Assembly (NCBI GenBank): GCA_963841155.1
Contig: CAWJBM010000002.1
Location: 541,885-605,884 of the forward strand
DNA from: an uncultured Acidimicrobiaceae bacterium
GTDB taxonomy: Bacteria; Actinomycetota; Acidimicrobiia; Acidimicrobiales; Bog-793
Reading direction: 5' to 3'
Length of the DNA stretch: 64,000 nucleotides
Shown: positions 1 through 10,414 of the stretch, piece after piece
Layout: each line of letters starts with the position of its first letter
How positions within the stretch are numbered: the first letter of the stretch is position 1
Notes under the pieces: model-generated
Told to the model about the DNA's origin: nothing
The model's input: the letters and a program-made list of their open reading frames with translations, nothing else
Databases searched by the model: none
Position numbers and translations under genes: made by a program

Positions 1-3000
1 CGTCGAAGTCGAGGCCTCCGAACGCCAGCCGGTTCGCCTCGTCGTCGCCGTCCCCGTGGCCGCGGTACGGCTCCCAGTCGTTCCGCCTCGCTGTGCCTTC
101 GTGGAGCTTGTAGGACAGGTCGGCAAAGAGCGGGATGGGCTCGCGCAGCCCCCGCCTGTAGCAGTCGACCGCCACCTCGAGCGCGTCGAGGGCGCGGCCG
201 TGGCGGTCGTCGCGTGTGCCGCCACGCCCAACCAGCTCGAGTGTCTTGAGCTTGCCCTCCTTCTGGGCGCGGCCCACGACGACGCTGCGCCAGTCGGTCG
301 CGGGGTAGGCAGCCACAAGGACCATGAGGTCGAGCCACGCCGCCAGGCGATGCTTTGGCGCAATCTTGCTGAACGTCACGCGGGCCGGGCCCGGACGGGG
401 CCCTGCGCAGCGACCCACGACGGTGCCGACTATGCGCGTGCCGTCGGCGAGTACGACCTCGACCGGGAGGCGGTCGTCACGTGTCGGGTCGACGCCGAGC
501 CGGGTCGCGGCATCGAGCAACCCGCCGACCGTGTCCTCGATCCCGCCGAGAGCGACCTCACCCAGCCCACCCGGGGGGAGCGTGCCGAGGGCGCGCTCGT
601 GGCGCTCCCACTCGTCGTTGGCGTGCCCGGCGAGACGAGCCTTGAGGAGCCGTTCCGCGACGGACCAGAGCTCGAGCCCGCCGAGCACCGTCGGGAGGTC
701 GTCGGACTGGCCGCGGTCCTCGTCGGTGAGGTGGAGCCGGAGCCGCTGCTGCCAGAAGGACCTCGCCGGGTGGCTGAGGAACCTCTGCAACTCGGTGAGG
801 TCGATCAGGACGTCCTCGCCGGGAGCGGGTGGGAGCGCGCCGTCGACGAGCAGGCGGTGCTCTCCGGCTCGTCTTTCCCGGGCACTCGCGCCGGCGAAGG
901 CGCCGGCGTCGAAGCTCCAGGGACCGGGCCGGTTCAGTTCGCGGGGCCGGAAGCACCTGTCGTCGAAGGGCTGGCGGGGATGGACGGTCTCGATTCGGCT
1001 CCGGTAGGTGCCCCGGCCTGGCGGCGCGAGCGTGGTGATGATCGTGTCGCGCAGCTCGGCGAGCACCGTCGCGCCCGGCACTTCCTGGTTCGTGCGGATG
1101 TTGTGACCCGTCCGGGTGATGACGAGGTGGTCGCCCGCGGCGAGAACGGCCTCGAGGAGCGCCTGGCGGACCTCCGAACGCGGGTCGCGGTCGCCGACGA
1201 GCGGGGCCACAGCGGCGAGATCGTCGCCGTCGATTGAGCCGGTGACGGCGCCCGTGCCGGCTTCGTCGAGACCGAGGATGCAGATCACGCGGAAGGGCAG
1301 CCACCGCAGCGGCGTCAACGAGCTGACGGTTATGCCACCCCGGAAGAAGTCGGGCCGACGCGGACACGCCCTTGATCCGGTCGGCAAGCAGGCGGCGGAC
1401 ATCTGCGAGGCAGAGCTCGACGGTCGCGGGCTCGCCGCCCACGAGGGCATGCTCGCCGACCTCGGCCACGATCCGCCGGAGCTGGTCGAGCTGCCACTGC
1501 TGGGGGGCCTCGACCTCGAAGAACTGGTCGATCGCCTTCGAGAGCGCCTCACACCACGCCGCCGCGTTACGGGGTCGCCTCATGTCGTCGACGGTCGACG
1601 CCAGACGCGCGACGAGGTCGGCCAGGCGACCGGCGACGGAGATGTCGTCGCCCTCGACATCGAGCGGCGCGATATCGCCCGGTGCGAGGCCGATGTCGTC
1701 GTCGCTCACCGCCACTCCCATGAGCACCCGGTCGATCGCGGCCCGCCACGAGTTGCCGGTGAACTCCCGCGGGAGGCCCCACGCCTCGCGGTGGCGGCCG
1801 TCGAGGCCCCAGCGCACGTTGGTCCCGGCGACCCAATCCGCGATGGTCCCGAGGGCGTCGTCGTCGAGGTCGAAGCGCTTGCGGACCGCCGGCAGCGAAA
1901 CGAGCTCCAGCACCTCCGAGGCTGTGAACCGGCCCGAGACCAGCGCGAGGAGCGAGTCGAGCGCCGCGAGGACCGGGTACGACTCGCGCAGGGAGCGGTC
2001 CGTGACACGGTAGAAGAGCCGGGGCGTGGCGCTGCCCGGTACCTCGGCCGCCCCCTCCGCAGAGGTCCCGAAGCCGGCTTCCACCAGTGGTGCGAACTGG
2101 TCGATCGCCGGGGAGAGCACGACGATGTCCTCCTCGCTGAGCGTCGGGTCGTCGGCAAGCAGATGGAGGATCGCGTCACGCAGCACCTGGACCTGGCGGA
2201 CCTGCCCGTGGCAAGAGTGCACCTGGATCGAACGGTCGTCGGTGTCCAGCTCGAAGTCACCGGCGGGCGCGCAGCCGGCACGCAGGTCGTGCTGCACGCG
2301 GGCAAGCAAGGTACCTGGCACACCGCCGGCGGTGTCCTCGTCCGCGTCGAGCGACAACGGCGCGGGGATCCCCCGCGACTCGGCCGACGCGAGGAGCACC
2401 GTGCGCTCGCGGTAGGGGCGCCCCCACGACCGCAACAGCGGGTGACGCACCTCGGCATCCGACGGGTCGTCGGCGCGGAGCAGTGCAAGTGGCCGCGCGC
2501 TAACCAGTGTCGCCTCGCGCACGCGCGCCGTCGTGGCCGGTGACGGGTCAAGCAGCAACAAGTGCAGGTCTCGGCGGGCGGCGACGGCCTCGATCAGCTC
2601 GATGAACGGCGCTCCGCTGGGAAGCGTCGTGACGCCGAAGATGGCAAGCCGAGCCGGCAGGTCGAGGGCGAGCGCCCCGGTGCGCAGGTCCTCGAGCAGC
2701 TCGGGCAACCGCTCGGGCGGACTGGGCACGCCGAGAAGGGCGCGCACCAGGCGCCACAGGTGCGGCTGCCAGCGGTCTTGCTCGGCGAGGAGGTGACCGG
2801 TCCCGTCGAGGTCACGGCCGGCGCTCCAGTGCAGTACGAGCCCGGGTCGGCGCACGGCGTAGCGGTCGAAGAGATCGGCGAGGCGCCGGGCACGGCCGAA
2901 CCAGGTGGCGCCGGGGGGCAGGACGGTGAGCGGACCGAGGCGGTTGTCGTCGCGCCGCGAGCGCAGCAGTGCGAGGACGGCCCAGACGAGACGGTCGACC

Positions 3001-3281
3001 TGCCAAGGATCGTCGGCCCCGCCACCTCGGCCCGCCTCGAGCACCGCCTGGCGCAGCGCGCCCGGGAAGGGGAACCTGATGTTCGCGGCGACACCGTCGC
3101 CGGTGCCGGGTCCGGACGCGCCGAGCGACCTGGCCAGCTCGAGGGCGAGCCACCGGCGCATGCCCACCGTCGGCACAGCGACCCACTCCGGGGTCATCGG
3201 GTCCTCGAGCGGCTCCGCGAGCATCTCGGCCAGCACCGCCGCGAGAGGCTCCACCCGGCTGGCGGTGAAGAGGTGAAGCAC
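1..3281 (-). CDS. recC: Exodeoxyribonuclease V gamma subunit RecC; the 3' end runs off the window and the reading frame breaks near 1350-1372
   Basis: ORF 558..3281 starts MLHLFTASRVEPLAAVLAEML..PEWVAVPTVGMRRWLALELA, a RecC N-terminus. It decays into Arg/Pro-rich nonsense after ..DVRRLLADRIKG. My translation of another minus frame from about 1360 down to nt 2 is open and reads DFFRGGITVSSLTPLRWLPFRVICILGLDE..VDCYRRGLREPIPLFADLSYKLHEG, which is the RecC C-terminal half. Confidence 0.8.
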
Positions 3282-3423
3282 GCGCGAACACTACCGGGGG
3301 GCTGTGACGCTCACCTGGGGGCTGTAAGGGTCACAATGGGCCATGACCTCTCGGGCGACCGAGGACGCTCTCTCGCGCCACCGGCTGCTCGACTGGACGA
3401 TCTCAAGCCGATAGCGTCCGGCC

Positions 3424-5074
3424 ATGACGATCCTGCTCGAGCTCGACCTCACCGGAGCACTCGTCGAGGACATCGGTTCGCATCCCGTCGAACGGGTCAT
3501 GAACCGACGGCGCCTCGCACTGCGCACGCTCGTGGGCCGGCTCGCCTCCGCTGGCGAAGACCCCAACGTCGTCGGACTACTGGCCAAGCTGGGTACGACT
3601 TCGATATCGCTGGCACAAGCCCAGGAGCTGTCCGACGCAGTGGCGAGTTTCCGGGCGAAAGGAAAGGACGCCATCGCCTGGGCCGAGACATTCGGCGAGC
3701 TCGGGCGGGCCACGACGGCCTATGTCGTGGCCGCCAGTTTCGGCGAGTTGTGGCTGCAGCCTTCAGGCAGCGTGGGCCTGATGGGAGCAGCGGCGGCCGG
3801 CACGTTCGTACGCGGCGCACTCGACCGGGCGCAGATCGAGCCGCTGTTCGCGCAGCGCCACGAGTACAAGAACGCGGCGGACACCTTCCTGCGCACAGAG
3901 TTCACCGAGGCGCACCGCGAAGCAACCGGGCGGTTGGCCGAGTCCGCCTACGAGCAGATCGTCTCTGCCGTGGCGGCCGGCCGGCGCCTGCCCGCGGACC
4001 GCGTGCGCGAGCTCATCGACCGAGCGCCGATCCCCGCCGCCGAGGCCCTCGAGGCCGGCCTCGTCGACCACCTCGGCTACCGGGACGAAGTTCGCCAGGC
4101 GGTCGGCCGCCGCTGGGCCGACAAGCCAACGCTTCTCTACGTCTCCCGTTATCAGCGGCGGTGGGACAACCTCCGTCGAGCATGCCAAGCGCGCCGTCCC
4201 GCGGTCGGGCTCATCGAGGCGACCGGGACGATCCGCACCGGCCGGTCCAAGCCGGGCCCGGTCGGGCGGGCGGCCGGCTCGGACACCGTCGCCGCGGCGT
4301 TCCGTTCCGCAGTGAGAGACGGACACACAAAGGCGATCGTGTTCCGGGTCAACAGCCGCGGCGGCTCCTACGTCGCCTCGGACACGATCTGGCGCGAGGT
4401 GTGCAACGCTCGCGAAGCCGGCAAGCCAGTCGTGGTCTCCATGGGCGACGTGGCCGGTTCGGGCGGGTACTTCGTGGCCATGGCCGCCGATGTCATCGTG
4501 GCGCAGCCGGCGACGCTCACCGGATCGATCGGCGTGCTCGGCGGCAAGCTCCAGACCAGCGGGCTGTTCGAGCGCTTCGGCGTGAACGTCGAGGGTCTCG
4601 GCCTCGGGCGTCACGCGCTGATGTTCTCGTCGCAGACAGGTTTCGGCGAGGACGAGTGGGCCAAGCTCGACGAGTGGCTCGATTTCGTCTACGACGACTT
4701 CACGACCAAGGTTGCCCGCGCACGCTGCGATGAGCAGCGAAGCTGTCCACGAGGTGGCACGCGGCCGGGTCTGGACGGGTGCCGACGCCGTCGAACGCGG
4801 GCTGGTCGACGAGCTCGGAGGGCTGCGCCGCGCCGTCGAGATCGCCCGGAAGCGGGCCGGCCTGCCACTCGACGCCCCGCTGCGGCCGGTCCTTGCAGTC
4901 TCGCCGGTGCAGCGGCTGCGTCAACCACGCAACAGCGACGACCCGGCGGCCTTCGTACAGGTCCGGGGATGGGACTCACATCTGTGGGAGTGGGGAGGCC
5001 ATGCCCAGCTGGCCGAGGCTCTGGGGCTTCCGGCCGCCGGGCCACTGACCATGCCGATGGGGCCGCTTGTCTAG
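3424..5074 (+). CDS. sppA: Signal peptide peptidase SppA (two-domain 67K type) with a frame break near 4724-4729
   Basis: ORF 3424..5112 carries VVVSMGDVAGSGGYFVAMAADVIVAQPATLTGSIGVLGGK. After ..DDFTTKVARAR it becomes Arg-rich nonsense. ORF 4712..5074 in the +1 frame continues MSSEAVHEVARGRVWTGADAVERGLVDELGG, the canonical SppA C-terminus. Confidence 0.8.
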
Positions 5075-5192
5075 GCGGGAGGATCGCCACACTGCGCCGA
5101 CCATGTGCCTGATGTGAACGGAAGTCTGGGCAATGCCTTCTGAGCCCATGGACGCCGCATCTCCTAAGGCGACGCCTCCACAACAGGGGCGC

Positions 5193-8102
5193 TCAGGTGG
5201 AGTACGTGTCACGCCCGGTCGACTTGACCCGGTACATCGCGATGTCGGCGTCACGCAGCACGTCTTCGGGCCGCTCGTACCCGGCGGTGCTCGTCGCAAC
5301 CCCGACGCTGGCCGTCACGACGACCCGGTGACCGTCAAGCTCGTAAGGCACCCGCAACCGTCCAAGAAGGCGCTGCACCAGGCGTTCGACGGTGGGCAAG
5401 TCTGAGACGTCCTGTAACAGGAGAGCGAACTCGTCGCCGCCGAAACGGGCGGCCGTGTCCGCTTCCCGCAGGTCGTGGCGGAGGCGCTCGGCGACCTCGA
5501 CTAGCACCTTGTCACCTAGGGGATGGCCCAAGCCGTCGTTCAGCTCTTTGAAGTTGTCGAGGTCCAGCCAGAGCACCGTGTAGGAGTAGCCTCGCTGGCG
5601 CTTCGCGGTGGCGACCGCCTGGGCCAGCCGGTCGAGGAACAGGACCCTGTTGGGCAAGCCTGTCAGGCTGTCGAAAAGGGCCTCGTGACGTAGGCGCTCT
5701 TCGAGAGTGCGTCTGTCTGTGATGTCGGTAAAGGAGCCGACGATTCGCGTCGCCGGAACACCTCCCCCCGGCACGGCCAAGCATCGGCAGAGGACCCACA
5801 AATAGGTCCCGTCGTTCGCCATGACACGGTGCTCGTACATGACCGAAACTTTCTCGCCCCCCTTGAGCGCGGAGAGCTCGGCCAGGAGACCTGGCCGGTC
5901 ATCGGGGTGCGCGCGGCCGATCCACTCCTCCGGGCTGTCGCCTACTGCGTCCTCTGACTGGCCGAGCATCTCCTTCCAGCGTGACGAGTAGTAGATCGTG
6001 CCCGCGACCAGGTTCCAGTCCCAAAGCCCGTCGTTTGTGGCTCGCGAAGCGAGCGCATAGCGCTCGTCGCTGTCACGCACGGAATCCAAGAGGTCCCTGT
6101 AGCCGAGGGCTTCACAAAGCAGCGCTTCCCACTCGTAAAGCGCGTCATCCCCCAGAAAACTCGAGTCCACGGGGGCGGCCACAGCCAAGTAGCCCCAGTC
6201 GGTGTCCTCACTCCTGACCGGGAACACCAGCACCAGGTCACCCGGGCCGGCACTGTCGAACAGACCTGCAGGAGGGAAGTCCTCGGGGCGGTAGCTGCAC
6301 GAATCGAGCTTCAGCTGGGCGCCCTTGGCGTCGAATGTGCCGCTCACGACCAGCTCGGAGTCCCTGGGTTGGGGCTCGAGGCGATCTCCTCCACTGCCAT
6401 GGCGCCGTTCCGGGGTCGAGCCCACGGGCACGGGGCTTTGGTCGTGGACGTCGTCCTTGTTCCCTCGACCCTCCTGCCTTGAAAGTGCGAGCACCCCGGT
6501 GATCGCACTGGTCTGTGCGAGCCAGGACAGCGACGTAGGGTCCTCCGTGTGGCCGCGCAGGAGGTTCATGCTGATGGCGTTCACGTTTCTGATGGATTGG
6601 CGTAGGTCGTAGTAGGCGTTGTTGCGCTCATTGAGGAGAGCTTGGGAAATGGCAAGGCGCACTTCCGCTACGCACGAGTTGAGCCTGAGAAGAGAGTCGA
6701 GACGTCTCTTTCCAGCCGGTCGCCCTTGGGTGGAGAGCCCCGAGCTGAGCTGGTGCGCCAACGCCAGGATCGCGTTGGATGTCGACTGGCCGGGACATAA
6801 GGCGTACAGGTCCTGGCAGGCTTGGCGGAGGTCGAAGAGCTCCAGAGACGTGAGCTCGTGGCTGGCCGCGTGACCGAAGGCGCCCTGTACCTCGCTTGCG
6901 AGCTGGGCGACCGCGCCCTCGGGAAAAGCCAATGCCGGGGCGCCGGCGATCGCCTCCCGCAGAACCTCGGTGAACCCGGCTATGGGATCTCCCCAGCGCT
7001 CCGGTTCGATCGAGCCCCAAGAGCCGGGGCTCGCGGTACACCCACAACTCTCGCGCGCTACGAACGCGGCGTCGACAACGTACGGGCCGGGCCCTACGGT
7101 CTCTCCCGCCAGCAGGCGTAGGAGAAGCTGGGCAGCCGTGGCCCCCATGACATCGAAGCGCTGAGAGACGCTGGAAAGCCCTGGGGAGAGAGCGCTGACA
7201 CCTGGCATGTCGTCGAAGCCGATGACCGCCTGGTCGCGTGGCACACGGTAACCGGCCCGCTTCAGCTCAGCCATTATGCCGATCGCGTTGAAGTCGTCGC
7301 CGGCAACGACCGCGCTGCACGGCAGCCCGGCGGCCATCATCTCCGCGGCGGCGCCGCTGCCTCCTGGTTCCATGTTGTCGCGCGCCTCGAAGAACAAGGT
7401 GGGGTCGGGCTCGATGCCGTGGGCAGCCAGTGTGTCTTGGTAGGCGGCATAGCGTTCTTGGATGTCGAACTGGGCCATGCAGCCTGCAAAAGCTATGCGC
7501 TCATGGCCATGCTCCAAGAGGTGCTCCACGGCCGCCGCCACGCCACCTCGGTTGTCTGCCATCACGGCCGGGCAGGGCAATCCAGGCTCCTGGTGGCTAA
7601 GGATCACCAACGCCTTGCCCGAGTCACACAGGGCGTCGAGGTAATCGCGCGGCACGGCCTTGCCGATCGAGACGAACCCGGCCGCGCGCTCCCAGGCAAC
7701 TCGGTCCAGCCGTTCTGGGGCGCGCCCCCCTTGGTTGTCTATGACGGGGCCGGCGGTCTGTATCGCGATGACACGACCTCCGGCGCCGGCGGCGACGTTC
7801 TCGACGGCCGATACGAGGGCGCCGTAGAAGTAGCCGGAGAGGTAGGGCGAAAGCACGCCGATCGTCGGTCCTGCTGAGTCCTCCAAAGCCAGCTCCCGTG
7901 TGCAGGGTGCCCCGGACCAGTGTTCACTGGTCGACTCTGCATTATCGTCCTTCTTTGGACGGTCAGTTGCTTTCTTGCCGCGCTGAAGCCCGTGATGCAG
8001 GGCCTCGCCCGGACCGGACCACGCCGGCGAGTGCTGGCAGAAGACCGTGACCGGCCCGTGGGGTCCCCACCCGATCGAGTCCGTGACCCGGAAACCTGCC
8101 AA
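5193..8102 (-). CDS. Diguanylate cyclase with a LacI/PBP1-type ligand-binding core (no HTH), an unassigned middle region, PAS and GGDEF domains
   Basis: TIGVLSPYLSGYFYG..VIGFDDMPG marks a PBP1 sugar-binding-like core. NDGLWDWNLVAGTIYYSSRWKEMLG marks PAS. RFGGDEF is the active site, with a READ (RxxD) I-site 5 residues upstream. The start codon is uncertain. Confidence 0.85.
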   Translation of the reverse strand: MAGFRVTDSIGWGPHGPVTVFCQHSPAWSGPGEALHHGLQRGKKATDRPKKDDNAESTSEHWSGAPCTRELALEDSAGPTIGVLSPYLSGYFYGALVSAVENVAAGAGGRVIAIQTAGPVIDNQGGRAPERLDRVAWERAAGFVSIGKAVPRDYLDALCDSGKALVILSHQEPGLPCPAVMADNRGGVAAAVEHLLEHGHERIAFAGCMAQFDIQERYAAYQDTLAAHGIEPDPTLFFEARDNMEPGGSGAAAEMMAAGLPCSAVVAGDDFNAIGIMAELKRAGYRVPRDQAVIGFDDMPGVSALSPGLSSVSQRFDVMGATAAQLLLRLLAGETVGPGPYVVDAAFVARESCGCTASPGSWGSIEPERWGDPIAGFTEVLREAIAGAPALAFPEGAVAQLASEVQGAFGHAASHELTSLELFDLRQACQDLYALCPGQSTSNAILALAHQLSSGLSTQGRPAGKRRLDSLLRLNSCVAEVRLAISQALLNERNNAYYDLRQSIRNVNAISMNLLRGHTEDPTSLSWLAQTSAITGVLALSRQEGRGNKDDVHDQSPVPVGSTPERRHGSGGDRLEPQPRDSELVVSGTFDAKGAQLKLDSCSYRPEDFPPAGLFDSAGPGDLVLVFPVRSEDTDWGYLAVAAPVDSSFLGDDALYEWEALLCEALGYRDLLDSVRDSDERYALASRATNDGLWDWNLVAGTIYYSSRWKEMLGQSEDAVGDSPEEWIGRAHPDDRPGLLAELSALKGGEKVSVMYEHRVMANDGTYLWVLCRCLAVPGGGVPATRIVGSFTDITDRRTLEERLRHEALFDSLTGLPNRVLFLDRLAQAVATAKRQRGYSYTVLWLDLDNFKELNDGLGHPLGDKVLVEVAERLRHDLREADTAARFGGDEFALLLQDVSDLPTVERLVQRLLGRLRVPYELDGHRVVVTASVGVATSTAGYERPEDVLRDADIAMYRVKSTGRDTYST

Positions 8103-8156
8103 GGCAATTCGTCATGGTGAGGGCTCTTCCATCACCGTTGACGTGGCCAGTGTGTA

Positions 8157-9407
8157 CTAGGCGTCGTTGAGGTACCTGTCCAGCTCCCAGGCCGTGACCT
8201 GGGCACGGTACGCCTGCGCCTCGGCCCGCCGACCGTCCACCATCCGCGTCAGCAGCTGCGCGTCGAAGGCGTCGACGAGGACGTCGTCGTCGAGAAGGGC
8301 GTCCAAGGCCTGGTCCAGGACGCGGGGAAGGAGCTGAGTCTGGATCTTGGTCGCGGTCGTGGGGTCGTATCCGCCGATGTCCTCGTCGAAGGCAGGGCCG
8401 GGGTCGAGCTCGCGAGCCAGCCCGTCCGCCGCGGCAACCAGGAGGCCCCCGAGCAGCAGGTAGGGGTTCGCAGCCGGGTCAGCCAAACGGAACTCGACGC
8501 TCGGCCTTTGCTCCACCGAAGAGCCCACCCGGATCACCGCATTGCGGCTCTGGTGCCCCCACACCACCGCGCCGGGCGCCTCGGGCCCGGCGTGCAACCG
8601 CTTGTACGAGTTGACGTTCGGGGCCGCCAGGGCGGTCAGTGCGCGGGCATGGAGGAGCTGGCCGCCGACGAACGCCCGTCCGGCTTCGTCGAGCTGCCAG
8701 CGGTCGTCGAACAGCTGGTCCACTACGTGCTGGTGGAGGTGCAGCCCCGACCCTGGCTGGCCGGCAAGGGGCCTGGCCATGAAGGTGGCCACCACTCCCC
8801 GCTCCTCTGCGACTTGGCGAAGAAGCGCCTTTGCGAGCACGAGCGCGTCAGCCAAGGCCACTGGGGGCATCGCCCCAAGGTCGATCTCGTACTGTCCGGG
8901 CCCCGCTTCGAGGTGGGCGCTGACGACCTTGACACCAAAGCTGCCGAGCAGGTCGGCCGCCGCATTCGTCACCGCCGTCCCGACTCCCGCCAAGTCGCCG
9001 AAGTATCCCCCGTTGTCGACCGGGACCCCGGCGTGGTCGAGCAGGTAGAACTCGAGCTCGGCCGCGACCTCGAAGCGCTCGGCCAGCTCGCCGGTACGGG
9101 AGATGATCTCCGCCAGTGCAGCACGAGGATCGGCCAGCCACGGCTGGCCGTCACGGGTCGTGATCGAGCAAACGGCCCGGATCTCGCCGCCGAGGTCCAC
9201 GAACGTGGAGGGGTCCGGCTTGAGCAGCATGTCGATCTCGAAGCGGCGGCTGCGGCCCTGCAGCGCCGAGCCATCGAAGGGGACACCGGAGTCCATCGCG
9301 CCCTGGAGCCGGCCGGCGGGCAGCAGCACAGCATGCGAACCTCCGAAGACGTCGACGAAGATCAGGCGGGCCCGTCCCGAACGCGCCGTGGCGCCTGGCC
9401 CATTCAC
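8157..9407 (-). CDS. Glutamine synthetase family protein (GlnA-like; substrate unknown)
   Basis: Catalytic-domain motifs AAELEFYLL, GSGLHLHQHV and EFRLADPAANPYL are present. The ORF extends to 9500 but would then overlap the kinase. A GTG at 9407 lies 15 nt after the kinase stop. Confidence 0.8.
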   Translation of the reverse strand: MNGPGATARSGRARLIFVDVFGGSHAVLLPAGRLQGAMDSGVPFDGSALQGRSRRFEIDMLLKPDPSTFVDLGGEIRAVCSITTRDGQPWLADPRAALAEIISRTGELAERFEVAAELEFYLLDHAGVPVDNGGYFGDLAGVGTAVTNAAADLLGSFGVKVVSAHLEAGPGQYEIDLGAMPPVALADALVLAKALLRQVAEERGVVATFMARPLAGQPGSGLHLHQHVVDQLFDDRWQLDEAGRAFVGGQLLHARALTALAAPNVNSYKRLHAGPEAPGAVVWGHQSRNAVIRVGSSVEQRPSVEFRLADPAANPYLLLGGLLVAAADGLARELDPGPAFDEDIGGYDPTTATKIQTQLLPRVLDQALDALLDDDVLVDAFDAQLLTRMVDGRRAEAQAYRAQVTAWELDRYLNDA

Positions 9408-9421
9408 GTCGGGCTCGGTGC

Positions 9422-10414
9422 TCAACGGAGGACCGACACGATCAGTATCACAGCGACCACACCGATGAACGCCAGTGCGATGAGCCCCGCATAGGCCCAC
9501 AACCGCTTGGCGGAATCGGCGGCCGCCATGCCGCCTATCGCGGGCTCCGGGGAGAGGTCGTAGCGCTGCGGGTCGAGCGAGTCGAGATGATCGAGGTCGT
9601 CCAATATGTCGGTCGTCGACTGGTACCGGCTCTCGGGCGATCGGCGCATGGCGTGCAACACGACGGCTTCGAGCGCAGGAGGCACGTCGGGCCGGACCTT
9701 GCGGATCAGTTTCGGTTTGCCCTGCAGGTGCCCGGCCATGACAGCCATCGCATTGTCCCCAGGAAACGGCGGCTCGCCGGTCAGCATCTCGTACATCATC
9801 ACTCCCCAGGCATAGATGTCACTTCGAGCGTCGCCCCGTTTGCCCTGGACCTGCTCCGGGCTCATGTAGTCCGGCGTGCCCAGGCCCTCCGACAGGTGCC
9901 TCCAGGTGAGCCGTCTGGCACCGTCGAGGCTGGCCGTGCCGAAATCGGAGATCTTGAGCCGCCCCTGGGTGTCGATGAGCACGTTTTCCGGTTTCAGGTC
10001 GCGGTGCACAATGCCCTGGCTGTGGACGTAGGTCAGCGCCTCGGCCAACTGGCGGCCCCAGTCCACGGCCTGGTCCACCTCGACCTGCTGACCCCGGCCC
10101 CTGACCCGCGTGCGGAGCGACTCACCTTCGATGTACTCGAGGGCGAGATAGGGCTCGGTACGGCTCTCGCCCGGGTCGACCCCGCGCTGGACGCCGGGAT
10201 GGTCGAGGCGGTTCGCGACTTCGGCCTCCCGCTGATAGCGGCTGAAAAGACCGGGGTCGGCGAACAGGCCGGGGGGAGGCATCTTCAGCACGACTGTCGT
10301 GCCTGTGCGGGTGTCGACGGCCTTGTAGGTCTCGGCGTACGCGCCGATGCCCAACAGCTCGACTATCTCGTAACGGTCCACCACTTGACCGGATTGGAAG
10401 CGGGTCATCGTCAA
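9422..10414 (-). CDS. Ser/Thr protein kinase, C-terminally tail-anchored
   Basis: Hanks motifs LGIGAYAETY, VVLKM, HRDLKPENVLI, DFG and GTPDYMSPE are present. A single TM (LWAYAGLIALAFIGVVAVILIVSVL) sits at the extreme C-terminus. Confidence 0.9.
   Translation of the reverse strand: MTMTRFQSGQVVDRYEIVELLGIGAYAETYKAVDTRTGTTVVLKMPPPGLFADPGLFSRYQREAEVANRLDHPGVQRGVDPGESRTEPYLALEYIEGESLRTRVRGRGQQVEVDQAVDWGRQLAEALTYVHSQGIVHRDLKPENVLIDTQGRLKISDFGTASLDGARRLTWRHLSEGLGTPDYMSPEQVQGKRGDARSDIYAWGVMMYEMLTGEPPFPGDNAMAVMAGHLQGKPKLIRKVRPDVPPALEAVVLHAMRRSPESRYQSTTDILDDLDHLDSLDPQRYDLSPEPAIGGMAAADSAKRLWAYAGLIALAFIGVVAVILIVSVLR

Noticed and set aside
56-4733. Long plus-strand ORFs 56..1237, 1116..2543 and 2562..4733, which overlap recC and the 5' part of sppA
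   Set aside because: Their translations are Arg/Pro/Gly/Ala-rich and low in complexity. They lie antisense or out of frame to genes with clear family motifs, so they are typical GC3-driven shadow ORFs.
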